64,000 bases of DNA from Magallana gigas (taxonomy: Eukaryota), in contig NC_088862.1 of assembly GCF_963853765.1 (NCBI RefSeq), positions 930,001 to 994,000 on the forward strand, given 5' to 3'. Positions 24,362 through 37,231 of the stretch are shown here, piece by piece; position 1 is the stretch's first letter, and every line of letters starts with the position of its first letter. The position numbers and the translations under genes are program-made. The notes beneath the pieces are model-generated. The model saw only the letters and a program-made list of their open reading frames with translations. It was not told the DNA's origin and ran no database searches.

Positions 24362-25848
24362 ATGACCAACCAACTGAAAATCATCTCTGTAAATTGTCAA
24401 GGACTAGGGGATAAAAGAAAGTGTCAAGATGTTTTAATGAATTTAAAACTGAAAAAATATAATGTTTATTTTATTCAAGATACACATTTTACAACTGAAG
24501 AAGAAAATTATATAGAAACAATGTGGAGTCATGATGTCTTTTTTAATTCATATAAGTCAAATTCAAGGGGAATTGCAATTCTCTTTAATGATAATTGTGA
24601 AGTTAAAGTACATAAAAATTACAGAGATGAAAATGGAAATTATCTTATTTTAGAGACTACGATTGACAACCTACAAATTTTACTAGTCAACTTATATGGC
24701 CCAAATTCTGATACCCCAGAGTTTTATTCCCAATTGTTAGGAAAGATAGAAGAAATTTACTCAGGCCAATATGTAATAATAGGTGGGGGTTTTAACTTAG
24801 TATTGAATCAAGACCTAGATACAATGAACTATAACAGAATAAATAATCCTAAGGCACAAGTAGAAGTTCATAAACTCATGGAGACTCTTGACTTAATTGA
24901 TATTTTTAGAGAAAATAATCCCACATTAAGAAGATACACCTGGAGAAAGAGAAACCCAATTAAACAGGGAAGACTTGATTTTTTTTTATCTCACAATCTT
25001 TTTTATCTCTGGCTCCACAAATAAAGTTTGAAAATAGTTATCGATCAGACCATTCACCAGTAGTATTAATTTTTAAAACAAATGAATTTAAGAGGGGTAA
25101 AGATTTTTGTATATAATACAAAACCTGTTAAGTTATGTTGTAAAACAGTATATTTTCACTTGTAGACTTAAAACTTACCCAACTTTAAATGTGTTGGAAC
25201 TCAAAAGGAAAATTGAAAACAGGCTTCTTGTGGAAAAATATTTACTTTTAAAGAACTGTGAATTTGAAAAATTTGAGAGACACTTGGAGAATATTATTGA
25301 AAGAATTTAGCAAGTCTTTACTATATCCCAAACTATTTGTTAAAAGAATGTATGATGCTTTTTTAAATTTCTAAATAAATCTTTTTGATAAGCAAACCCT
25401 GATAGACAGCTATGCTGCAAAGCAACCATTGCCCCGTCAGCTTTTTTCTCTCCGCCTTCTTTTCTCTCATAAATAAATATATGTACATGTACGTGCTAAA
25501 TATTATGTTCATGCTGTTGTTTGTGTATATTATAATCACATATTGGAAAATCCTTAAATTTAGAGCTGTCAATTTATAAGTTGGTGTGCATGTTATATTT
25601 TTTATTTGCTTTTCTTCTTCTGTTTCTTTTGTTTGTGTTTATATGCATATTATTTCACTCAATGTTTTCTGTCCTTTCTCACCCCCACTAAAAAACATAA
25701 AAAACAAACTTTCACACCATTGTGAACTATTATATATCAATTCTTGCATGTATATTGTATGTAAAAAAATGTTGAGATTCCAAAAGAAATGTATTATGTA
25801 AGAAAGCTGTGAAAGTCATGAATAAAAAACATAAATAAAAAAAAAAAA
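24362..25848 (+). mobile_element. Internally deleted L1/Tx1-clade LINE: APE endonuclease joined to the ORF2 C-terminus, 3' UTR and poly(A)
   Basis: ISVNCQGL, FIQDTH, SRGIAIL, VNLYGPN, GGFNLVL, RRYTW, GRLDFFL, SDHSPV (APE motifs). Near 25110 the sequence jumps to KQYIFTCRL...ENRLLVEKY...FERHL (typical ORF2 end). A-run at 25837-25848. No RT domain. Confidence 0.8.
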
Positions 25849-26989
25849 TACTGGTAAAATAAAGGTAGGTCTGTGTTGGCCAAGTGGTAATAGGGTGCAC
25901 GTGGAGAACACAGGATTTTATTACAGGTAAGTTGTAGTATGTTTTCACATGAAGTATGGAGGGGTAAAATATGTGTTAGCCTAGAAAAGAATAGTTATGA
26001 ATTGAACTCTATCAGTACTTTAAAAAAGAAATTAGAAGAAAATGAAATTATAGTAATTAGATGTTACACATCCATCTTAATAAGTTCATGACTTAAATTA
26101 AAATAAATATATTAAACATATTTTGAGTCAGTTATATTAGACAACTTAACTAAGACTGGAAATATGTAAATATATAGATCAGATGAAAAACATTTTCCTC
26201 AATTTTTATATGGTTTTTATGGTTATATATTAAATTGTTCCAATCAACATAATATGAAAATAATAAAACCACAAAAAACGCTTGAGTAATGTGCTCATAT
26301 ATTTTTTTTCATATTTAATAAGATCAACTGTATGATGATGAATACCTATATAGAATAGACAACGTAGCATAAACCCTCAAAGAAATATTCACAACATTTC
26401 ACAATTGTCACTTTTCACTCGGAAGTGAACGAGAAGCAGCATCCGCATACGCCAGTAAGTTTATTTTTATTCCTTCTTTTTAAGCAGGTAAAGTAATGGT
26501 TTAATAATGAATATTTTTAGAAAAAAAAAATAATATTGACATATTTTTTTTAAATCCAAGATGGCGGCGTAAGTACCTTGTGTATTATTAGGAAAGCAGT
26601 ATATTTTTGTTTAATTATGAGAAATATATATAACGTTAGCTGCCTGTGTTTCAAATGTATAGTAGTTAAGATCGAAACTTGATGGTAAAGATCAAAACCC
26701 TCTTAATATTCAGAAACCTGCGCAATAACATAGATACAGAGTGATCTGATACTACATGTACTTTGACTTTGAATAACATGTAGTTATTACATTGTTAAAA
26801 TTCATAGGTGAAATAAAATTGAAAAAAAATAACCTCTACATATCATTCATATATCATTTTAACTGCTTTACCTATCATTTTAATACATCTATACTACTAC
26901 ATTAAAATAATAGGCTCGAATTCTTGAAACATCATTGCTACTTGAAGATTTCCAATTTTTTGTTATTTGTTCTCAATCAAGTTTCGCCA

Positions 26990-29900
26990 ATTATCATTGA
27001 TCGAGTGCGTAAATGGGCGACTCCCTACTATAGTGCTCGACCGGAATTACTTCTTCGTCGATGGCTTCCGAGTCAATGTCTCGAGGTTGGGCTCGTCTTT
27101 GGGTTGCGACCCAACAGATGTCCCGTCACTGGGGATTGCGATGCCTGAGGATGGCCATATGTATGGGGTGGGCTCCGAAGGCACTATAGATGGCCGGGTT
27201 GAGGAGGAGATGCACGATGTTGCAAAGAAAACCAAAGGCGGGAAACTTACAATCAAGTACCCGTTTAGTCCCTACAAGTGCTCCGCTTGTTGGGAAATAA
27301 TGGAGTCTCCACAAAAGCTTGTTGAGCACATGGGTGCCAAACACAAGGATGACTTCATCCAATTTGCATGCTCATTGTGCAACAAATCAAATCCTAAACT
27401 CAAGGGCATTGCCATTCACTATGGCCTATGCTCTAAAGGCCTAACTGGGCGGGGAATTAGGACTGGAGCTGGCAAGCGCGGAGAGTCTGTGCCTGAGACC
27501 ATCGGTGATGCTAATAACATCTACGTCAGTCTCGAAAACATCACAGACCCAGAAGCCACCAGTAGTGCCCCACTAGCAACCGGGGACCCAGACCTAACCA
27601 CCCGGGACGACAATGACCTGCCTGAGACTATCGCGGCGCTCCATGAGTGTAGCGAGTGTCTCGAAAAATTCAGGACAAAGTCCGGTCTCGGCCAACATAT
27701 CGGACACAGACATCCTTGTCTTTCAAACGAAAGACGGATCCAAGCAGCGAAAGCTGACATCGAGCGAAAACGAGCAGCTCGACCCAACTCCAAACCCATC
27801 GCCGCATCCACTTCTGCCAGTCATGGCAATAGAAGATGGACTGACGAAGAGATAGACCTGCTCCTCGAATTGGAGAGCAAATTCGAGGGTGTAAAATTCA
27901 TCAACAAGGCTATCTCTGAGCACTTGAAGAGTAAAACCCTGAAACAGATAAGCGACAAAAGGCGCGCTCTGGCGAAGGCTGCCCAATAATCTAGACCGCC
28001 CGTGAAAGAGAAATCTGCCACGGAGCAAACTGCGACACCGACTCAAGGTTCGCAACAAGGCCCCAGTAACGAGGATTGGAAGGCTGCAATAAATCTAGAG
28101 GGCGGACCACTTGTCGGGGAGAGTGCGGAGGCACTCTTAAGTCTCGTGGAGGGGGAAGACTCGGAGAGTTGTTACTTGTCACTCCTTGACAAGATTGCGC
28201 GGCTCTTTGCTAGCCCTGTTCGTAAGGGCGGCTCGAAGAAACGTCAAGGAGGCAGGGCTAGGGCTTCTGGCAGACCGGTGGGTAAACGGACGAGCCAGAA
28301 GGCCGATATGTACAGGAAGCACCAGCAACTATATCGGAAGGATAAAAAGGCGCTGACTTCCTTGTTACTGGATGGTAAAGAGACTGGGAGCAAATGTGAA
28401 CTGGACCCCACTCTTGTAGAGGAGTATCACAAGAAGTGGATCTAAGTCCCTATCCACCCGCTGAACAAGTCGACCCAATCGCATTGCTGAAGCCCTTCAC
28501 AACGGATGAAATCCGTGCGGCATTCAAACGAGCCAAGAAGGACTCAGCAGCTGGGCCAGATGAAATCGAGTTAAAAACTGTGATAGCGAAAGACCCTAAA
28601 GGCCACATATTGGTGAATCTGTTCAACTCGTTTTTGTACAGAAAGAAGGTCCCAGAGATCTTCAAAGGGAATAGGAGTATCCTGCTACCCAAAGGTAACG
28701 ATGGGCTGGAGGACGTCAACAATTGGCGGCCCCTGACAATCTCGTCGTCCGTGCTACGACTCTACACTAGCCTGTTGGTAAGGAGAGTGTTAGACAGTTG
28801 TGCCCTAAACCCACGACAGAGGGGTTTCATAGCCGCAAGTGGATGCTCCGAAAACTCGTTCTTACTAAGCGAGATGATTCACCACGCCAAGAAAGAGAAA
28901 CGACAGCTCTGTGTTACGTTCCTGGACCTCGCTAAAGCCTTCGACACGGTGTCGCATAAGCACTTCATTGCTGGGCTGAGGCGATTTGGGTCTCCAGAAC
29001 ATTTCATAGACATCGTTGCTGATCTTTACAATGGGGCCTCGACGGTGTTCCAAACTGACGCTGGGCAGACGGGAGAAATCCCGATGACCCGGGGCGTGAA
29101 GCAAGGTGATCCTCTGTCTCCTCTGCTATTCAACATAGCAATGGATCCCTTGCTGGAGGTCATTGGTAGACAGAACAATGGCTATAAATTTGGGCCCGAA
29201 GAGAGCGACCGCATTGAGTCGCTATGCTACGCAGATGACAATGCTCTGATGACAGAAGGCCCAGACGAAATGAATGAAAACCTGGCTTTGGTAGAAAAGT
29301 TTTGTTGCGAGACTGGAATGAGGCTAAACATCAAAAAGTCTGCAACCTTTTGCATCACTCCATGTGGGAGTAAAAGTTACACAGTGAACACGACAAAAAC
29401 CAAGGTAGCTATAAAGGGTGAAAGAGTCCCTGTCATCCCCCCGGATGGCTGCATGAAGTACCTTGGCTCGAAGATGAGCCCTTGGGTGACGAAAATCCGT
29501 AAGGATATAGTTGCCCAGCTAGAGGGTATGGTTGAAAGTATCGGGGTTGCCCATTTGAAGCCTAGGCAAAAACTGGTTCTTCTGAATCACTACGCCTTGG
29601 TGAGATTGACGTACGCCCTTACGCAGGATGCCTACCCGATGTGCGTGTTAAGAAAGCTAGATTTGATAGTCCGAGCGGCAATAAGAAGGTGGGCAAAACT
29701 ACCGGACTGCTCTCTTACAACTCTGTTCTACTTGAGCAGAGGAGAAGGAGGTATGGGGTTTCCGGAGTTCAGCAAAAGTATACCTGCGCAACGCATTAAC
29801 ATGCTTCGCGGTATATGTCGGTCTAGTGATTCCAGACCCGGGCCTTGGTCGAAAACATGGCTGACAAAGCTGGGCTTAAGATTCCTGATGCCCCCAAGGG

Positions 29901-30623
29901 GAAGGTACGGTGGAGAAAGCTTGTTAGCAAAGCTACACAAAAGCTCAAAATCGGCAAGGCAGCTAAGACCTTCCGATACTCGGTGAGCAACACCTGGCTG
30001 AACCCGCACGCCAACTACTTCAATGAGGCTGACTATATCACAGGTGTGAGTCTGAGAGCCGATATGTACCCATGTAGAGCTACACTGGCCCGCACGAAAG
30101 CAGTTGGCGACGTCAGCTGCAGACATTGTCATCAAACAGTTGAGACAATGGGACACATCTCGGGTGCCTGCCCGAAAGTCAAAGACTATAGGATTCATCG
30201 GCACAATGCTATAGTCAACTGTGTGGCGGAAAAGTGCAAGGGTGAGGGCTGGACGATATACTTTGAGCCCAAAATAGTTGACAGCCAGAATAAGGTGTGG
30301 AAACCGGACCTCGTCCTGGTCAAAGACAAAAAGGCGGTCGTTTTAGACCCCACAGTGATATGGGAAGCAGGCCCATCACTACAAAGAGCAAACTTAGCTA
30401 ACTACTGTAAATATGCTCACATTGGCCAGGAGATAAGGAAAATGTTCAATGTCACTGATGTAGAAGTGCTAGGACTCGCGATAGGGGCGCGAGGGGCTGG
30501 TGTGAGCAAAACACCAATACCCTAAAGACAGTAGGCATAGAGGATAAAGGATTTATGAGCCACCTTTGCCGACTAGCACTGAAAGGCACCATGAACATGG
30601 CACGACTATTCATGGATGGATAG
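26990..30623 (+). mobile_element. R2 non-LTR retrotransposon (three zinc fingers + Myb, R2-A type), disrupted, both UTRs missing
   Basis: ZFs YKCSAC..HMGAKH, FACSLC..HYGLC, HECSEC..HIGHRH; Myb RRWTDEEIDLL; RT LDLAKAFDTV, GVKQGDPLSPLLFN, YADD; CCHC CRHC..GHISGAC; RLE RHNAIV..KPDLV..LDPTV. One in-frame stop (27987) and frameshifts near 28440, 29845 and 30495; final stop at 30621-30623. Confidence 0.92.
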
Positions 30624-31050
30624 TCGCAGTGCAGGGGGGAGGTGGGTAGCAGCCCCCTAAATTTCTTTAAAAAAAATCCGGAAATTATCTGGATTTTTTT
30701 GGATTTTACAATCTTGCACATGCATTACATTCACACTAAATCACGGGAGGCTCTTTAGTTTATGTTTCCACAATATCGCATTTGCATGGATAAACTCAGA
30801 AACGATATTACAAATACATGTAAATTTTTATTGAAAATTTGTCATATATTATGTTCATCGAAGGAAATACGGGAGATAACTCTAACTCAGTGCATTTAGT
30901 ATGAAAATTCCCGAGAGTTTCGAATATCAACATGGTGTGTAAATTCGAAACGAGTAAAAAAAGGTTGGTGAAAAAGTGTTTAATTCTTCATTGATATGAA
31001 TTAAATTTTTAGATGAAAGATATTCACAGTTTCAAAGTGGTTTGTTATGG

Positions 31051-31054
<4 letters not shown>

Positions 31055-31085
<31 letters not shown>

Positions 31086-34000
31086 GTACTGATTCTGTTG
31101 GAAATTCTTTATTATTATTTTTCTTCTTTTTCTTCTAGACGTTTCCTTAAACTGTAATATCTCGCTTGTTTGTCATTAGATTTTATTCAAATTTTCAGGG
31201 TTTATTGTAAATGACAATAGCTTACTATAGCAAAAAATATGGTGAAATCCCTACTTCCAGTTTTGAGTTATTCCCCTTTGAATATTTTTTTAGTGGGTCT
31301 CGTGTACCTGCAAAGGCTCCGAGTAGATCCGTAGCAAGTAGTTTTAATTTACAAATCTTTAATGTAGACATCTTGAACGTTGTCCTCCTAGTTTTACTTG
31401 TTTGATTAACACACGTATACTGCTAAAAAAATTACATCGAAATTTATGTTTCAAAATATGTTAAATTTTGCTTATATCTTTGCTCAATAACTTTTTAGTT
31501 GTAAATTTTTTCTAGACACATATAGAATAAAAGTTGTGCAGAATATCAAGAGCTTTCATTTGATACCATAAAAAAGGGGCTAGCCCCTAAAATGAGGGGT
31601 CTAGATCCCTTAAAAGTCTTTGCTTCATAACTCTAAAACGGTAAATTTTTCGATATGGGCGTCGCTGCAAAAAATGTTGTTTGTGACTTTATTGATCTCA
31701 TAAAACTGTTTTTGTGTTCGGGTAGTGCATAATATTCGGGTAAAAAGTAATACGTGTTGACCAGTACTCGCGGCATTTGGCCAAGCTTCCTCGCCCGCGG
31801 CCGAGAAAATCGGTCACCATGGTCGCGGCTGGGCTACCTAGCGGTCAGCGGTTATCTAATACACGAGAGTTGCGTCTCTCACAAATGAGTTTATTTAGTC
31901 GCGAACTCAAAAATTGTTATAGTTTTGATTACACATAAAAGTTTTATGGACTAAACGATTGGGTGTCAATTAAGAAATCGTTCAGTTAATTAATAAAAGT
32001 AATGTCATTCTCAATCTAAAGCAATATCAGACATAGATCAATTGTGGGTTTTAGGTTTAATATAAAGAACGTCTATTTGATAGAACATGGTCATTATACG
32101 GCAAACTTTTCAAATCTTCCTGGGTTCTGAGATGTGCGTGTCTGTGGGTTGTACCTTTACGTAATCTATCCTTCGTCCACGGCCGATCAGCCACGGCTGC
32201 ACTACTAGCGGTAAGCGGTTATCTAATACACAGGATTCGCACACTTAGATGAAGATGAACGTGTTTGAGTTTATATAGCCGTAAATACAAGAACTGTTTT
32301 AATTTTATATTATAAAAGTTTGTCCATCTTGTATTTATTTAATTAAACATTTGAGTGTAACTGAATATTAATGAAAGATATTACTCCAAATCGGAAACAT
32401 AGTCAGACATAAATTAATGGTTGGTTTGTATATCTAAAAATTTTTAACCCCCCCCCCCCCCCCCCCCCAATATTAAATGATGATCATCCCTCGCACATGG
32501 CCGAGGAGATCCAGCGCGAGTGGACAAGTGATCTGCGGTCGGCTCGTGTTCTTCTATATGTACCTTATCACGCGGTTATGTTTCATATTTTGCACGGACA
32601 GAACTATATTTTATTATGTTTTCAACTATTATATAGATTTAAGACGAAAATAAATAAATTTATTTTACTTGTACAGTTGATTAAGCATTGATTTTATTAT
32701 ACAATAGCGTACAAGGTAGTTTAAAAATCAAATCAAATTATAATCAAAGTTCCATGTTACATGTACATGTTTGCGGTAGGTGCTAGCACGATAAAAGAAT
32801 GTCCTGAATTGTCCTGAATTGAGGCATTTGAGGATTATTTAAAAGAATATTCACATGAGTTTTAAACAACTTAAGATTAATAGATTCTATCAGTCACATA
32901 TTAATCACTCTGTAGTTTTTCTACATGGTTGTTCGTTTTAGTGTGGAAGCGAACTCAGTGCTGTGTCCCCCCTCCTCCCGCCCCTCTGACAAGTGCTCGC
33001 GCTGGATTTTTTTAAATTGGCGAAAAGATATCCAGATCTGTCGAAAATCATTTTTGGTGACTTCTTTTCTCCTCAACGTGTTTAATTTTCCCACCCGTAT
33101 GTTTATTCGGTCAGTCTGTGTTAATTCAATCGCCACGTGCGACCGAAGATCTTGTGTCGCTTCAGCGCACACAACTCAGAACATATGTAATTGAGTAACA
33201 ACTGGAAGGGTGCTTTTATAAACAATAAGACTATTATTCTAAGTCAATAATCTTCACATTAAAGATGTGAAATCGTAACCTAAGAATGTGGCTAATAAAT
33301 TAACCTGTTGATCACGCTAAACTTTTATAGTTATGAACATAATAATTCATGATATATTATAATTAAAAGTTTGAAGACAAAGACAATTTTTTTCTTGGGA
33401 AATACGACTACATTATGCAATGCAGTCGATCGCCATAGAAATCATCAAAGTACTGCAACTGTCGACGGATATCTTATTTCTTTGAAAGACCATGATAATT
33501 CACTTGACTTGCAGGCTATAATATAGCGATATATCTGCCTCCCAAAAATATATGCGCTTCTCAAAGTTACACTTAAGTGAGATAGATGTGCGTTATTGGG
33601 AATTTTATTTATTGCTAATTGTATGGAAATTGATTAAAAAAACCAACTTTTAATTGAAGTTGTGTATTATGAGGTTGTAATGCAACTTAATTTACTTACA
33701 AGGTAAGCTACAGCCAGTGGAATATAGGTGGCTTTTATGTGAACAATGAATACCCAATATATTAAATACAAGATAAATAGTTTCCAGAATAATAATACTA
33801 ATATGCTTGTGTATATGAAGGTTGCACCCTCATTTGTATGGCTGTAGGTGAGGAGGTATAGGTGTATCGATGTACATACAATGTATGACTGCACATACGG
33901 ATTCCGGACCATGGCTACAGACGATACCAATGATAGTCTTTTAATACATCAATGCACAGTTTGATCTTGAAACTGACCAGTTTCATAACTTCTTCGAATT

Positions 34001-34851
34001 TCTCTAACACGGACTGTCTAATTCCTTCCCAGAATTCCAATTTACGCAAGCGCAATTGAAGTTGTTTTTTTTTTAAATTTAATTAGTCATCCCACTGACA
34101 TAAAAATAAGGATTTTGCATATTATTACATCGTCGAGAGAAGTAATATTCATTTCTGTAAATAAGGTTATTTAATTCACATTACATAGCGGTGTCTCTAT
34201 GAAACAGCACCATCTGGTGTAAAAGTTAGATGCTCGCCTTTGCATAAATTCTCCCGCTCATCTTTTTTATTAGCTGATTATATATTATTTTGAATGTCCA
34301 AATCTACTCGTATCATTAAATAATATCAGACGACACACATTTCCCTGAAGAAAATCTCAAAGATGCCATCAATTTTGACTAATTACTAAATTTTGTCAGC
34401 CCGTAACAATTTTAAACTTGCAAATAGTCTTCAAAAATTTAGAAAGATTTAAATAAACAAGTTATCTTAGAGAAAAGGTTACGTGTTTTGTAGGCGGGTT
34501 AGGTTTTTAAAAAAAACTGCAATTCCTGACATGAATCATGAGTACATACTGTTTATAACAATGCTTGCTACCCTTTTTAAAATTTAACTCACCATTGAAC
34601 ATCTCACATTTTATAGAATTTTTGAAACGATTACACAGACTGTGTTCGACAAATAGTTTTCCTAAAACATTTTCTTCCTGTCTTGTTCAAAACACATTTT
34701 ATATACAGGCTTTCAATCACAACACGTTTTTATAACAAAAGCAGAACTGAAAGTTTAGTCATATAATCGTTTGACACCATATTACATATATTTTTAACCC
34801 GCAGCAACAACGGAAGACCTACTCGTGGCTTTGCCACGAGCTTTGCTCTAG
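31055..34851 (+). mobile_element. Helentron/DINE-like termini enclosing 3.8 kb (one element with cargo, or two partial elements)
   Basis: 5' IR pair AGGTCTTCCGTT/AACGGAAGACCT (31058-31084) + ATT/TTC microsatellite. 3' AACGGAAGACCT (34809-34820), hairpin CTCGTGGC-TTT-GCCACGAG, CTAG (34848-34851). Confidence 0.6.
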
Positions 34852-35810
34852 TTTAACTGTTATTTTCAATGCAACTTCGGAGCGATTCTACAAATGTTTG
34901 CTACATTACGGGTATATGGGAAGCATTTTAACTGTGGTGATCCCGAGACACAGTTAGATTATTCAAACTAAGCAGAGTGTAGTGAAATTAAAAGCATTAT
35001 TGTAGGCTTATAGCTTGGTTTTGTAAATGTCAACAATACGGTGTGTTGATCTATCTATTTCGAAAATGTCAGATATCACATGCAATGTCAACATGTCTAG
35101 TTACTAAATATGGGGAAACGTTGACCTCGTCATTACATTATGACGTCAGAATTGTTTATTTCGCATGGCTATGTCAAATCAAAAAGCTGCAGAAAATGTC
35201 CATTTATATTTTGAGACACATTTACCTGTAACAGTGATTCGTGTTTTTGCGATAAAGACATCCATCAGACACTGCAGGTTCACATGTTAGTGAGGGGATT
35301 TCAACAAACCGATTCTGTAGAGTTTTGTAGCAGATACTCGTTTTAAAAACACTGGAATGTCTTGGACAAGCAGAAGCAATGAATCGGTTGCAGTTTTTAA
35401 AGTTTTAATCCAAGAAACGCGCACTGTCATGAGACTCGAATTTGCTCAGTGGATGACCAACGACATCGATATAACATACACTGTTTTTGCTTTTCGATGA
35501 ATTTCACTTTTATTTAAACTCGCCTTAAAACAAACTAAACTGTCGTGTTTGGGGAAATGCAAAACCTCAGTAATGAAATGATTTGATGACATCAAACATG
35601 GTATCATTCTTTTTGTTTTCACGAGACAAAGAGAATGGTGTAAAGATATATAAGATAGCATCACAAATAAAGAAAATGGCCCCTAAAAGGATTTGTGGAG
35701 AATCCAGAGACCGCTCCCTGTGAGTGGGTATAATTTGCCCTCTTGAAAGTTTTCCCTCGGTTCTCTCATAATAAAATCGTACAGTCAGTTCAAGCATATC
35801 TTTTACAACA

Positions 35811-35940
35811 TACACCATAGCATAGCATAGCATTGAAATCTCATACCATAGCATTGGAATCTCATAGCATAGCATTGGAATATCATAGCATAGCATACAA
35901 TCTCATAGAATCTCATTCGTCATATCATACCATTGCATAC
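35811..35940. repeat. (CATAG)-based mini/microsatellite
   Basis: Repeated CATAGCATAGCATTGGAATCT units. Confidence 0.8.
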
Positions 35941-36291
35941 TATAGGATAGCATACAACATTATTTTTACTCGGTTTTAATTGTCTTTATTTGAAAAAAAA
36001 AATGTTTACTTCGCAGATTAGTAGTAAACTTTGGCTTTTTATCATTTTACTTCGAAATGTGTGGAACTCTTCTGTGTATGTTTTTTTTAAACCCATCTTT
36101 TCCCCAAAAGAACAAATGGGATTTGTTTCCCTATGAACTCCTGGTATGGGGTATAATTCCCCACTCTTTTTAAAATTAGAACTATTACAAACTAGGAATA
36201 TAACATAATTAACAGTAGCTAGCTTTTTGTCATGTAATGGTATCCAATGTTTTACTTTTCTTTCAAAGTCAATAAAATTTTTGAGTCTAAT

Positions 36292-36413
36292 CACAGGGGC
36301 CTTTTCAACCTTTTATATATAATACCTCTATACAATAAAATACATTATGTGTATTTTATTGTATAGAGGTGGTCTATATAAAAGGTTGAAAAACTTCGTG
36401 ACGAGCCCCTGTG
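36292..36413. mobile_element. 122-bp fold-back MITE with 7-bp flanking direct repeat
   Basis: CACAGGGGC...GCCCCTGTG termini; near-perfect internal hairpin ACCTCTATACAATAAAATAC/GTATTTTATTGTATAGAGGT; GTCTAAT on both sides. Confidence 0.75.
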
Positions 36414-37231
36414 GTCTAATATCAGTTTTTATTATCATGGATGCATGTTGGGATCTAAGGAAGATTGTATAGAATGGCTATAAACTTCGTCAACCAATAA
36501 GTATAGTTGGTAGTAAAATTACCAATTACATGTATCAAATACTCCATATTTCTCTGTTTGAAAGAGATAAACCGCTCAGGACATCCCATCTTCTTGTTCC
36601 TCGTTGAAAATAGAATTGAAACCTTCGTTCGGTTATTATATGCCTTTTAAACGTTTAAATGATTACGATTTGTGACTATCTTAAAATAAAGTTTCAAAAC
36701 GAACTTATAATTCCGGATTATAAGCCTCCTGTATATAATTATGCATATTTCATTATTGTCTTTGAAATGCTTAATAAATCATTATGGCAACTTCATTATC
36801 TAAATTACATTTTTATTTTAATAGATGCATGCATTCTCATTAATTTACAAGAAATAATTAAAGTTAAAATTATTAAAGCCGCCTTCTGACAGGTCAAGAT
36901 ACCAATATTTACAAATATTCCTTATCGCCATACATTTAAAAAACACGTAAAAAGTGTTTATGTAATGCAATGTCAGTATCTCCCACAATTGTTCAGTAAT
37001 GATTATAAACTCGGATCTAAGTTTTTGTGGTGAAAGTAGGGGGGAGGGGGGTAAAGAGGATACTATTATGTAATTGTTTGTGTTTGCCATAGGGGGTAAG
37101 GGGGTATTTATTGGTGCCCAACCATTTTTTTTAACCCTTTAATATTGGAACATTTAATAAGTTTTACCTTGGGGGAGGGGACCCCCCCCCCCAAATCAAC
37201 ACATGAATTAACTATCTATATTTCATAGTCA

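Noticed and set aside
27047-30721. Antisense ORFs over R2
   Set aside because: Shadows of the R2 coding strand.
32921-33172. PC4-like domain assignment for the short ORF
   Set aside because: Only a vague pattern resemblance; the key PC4 residues cannot be matched.
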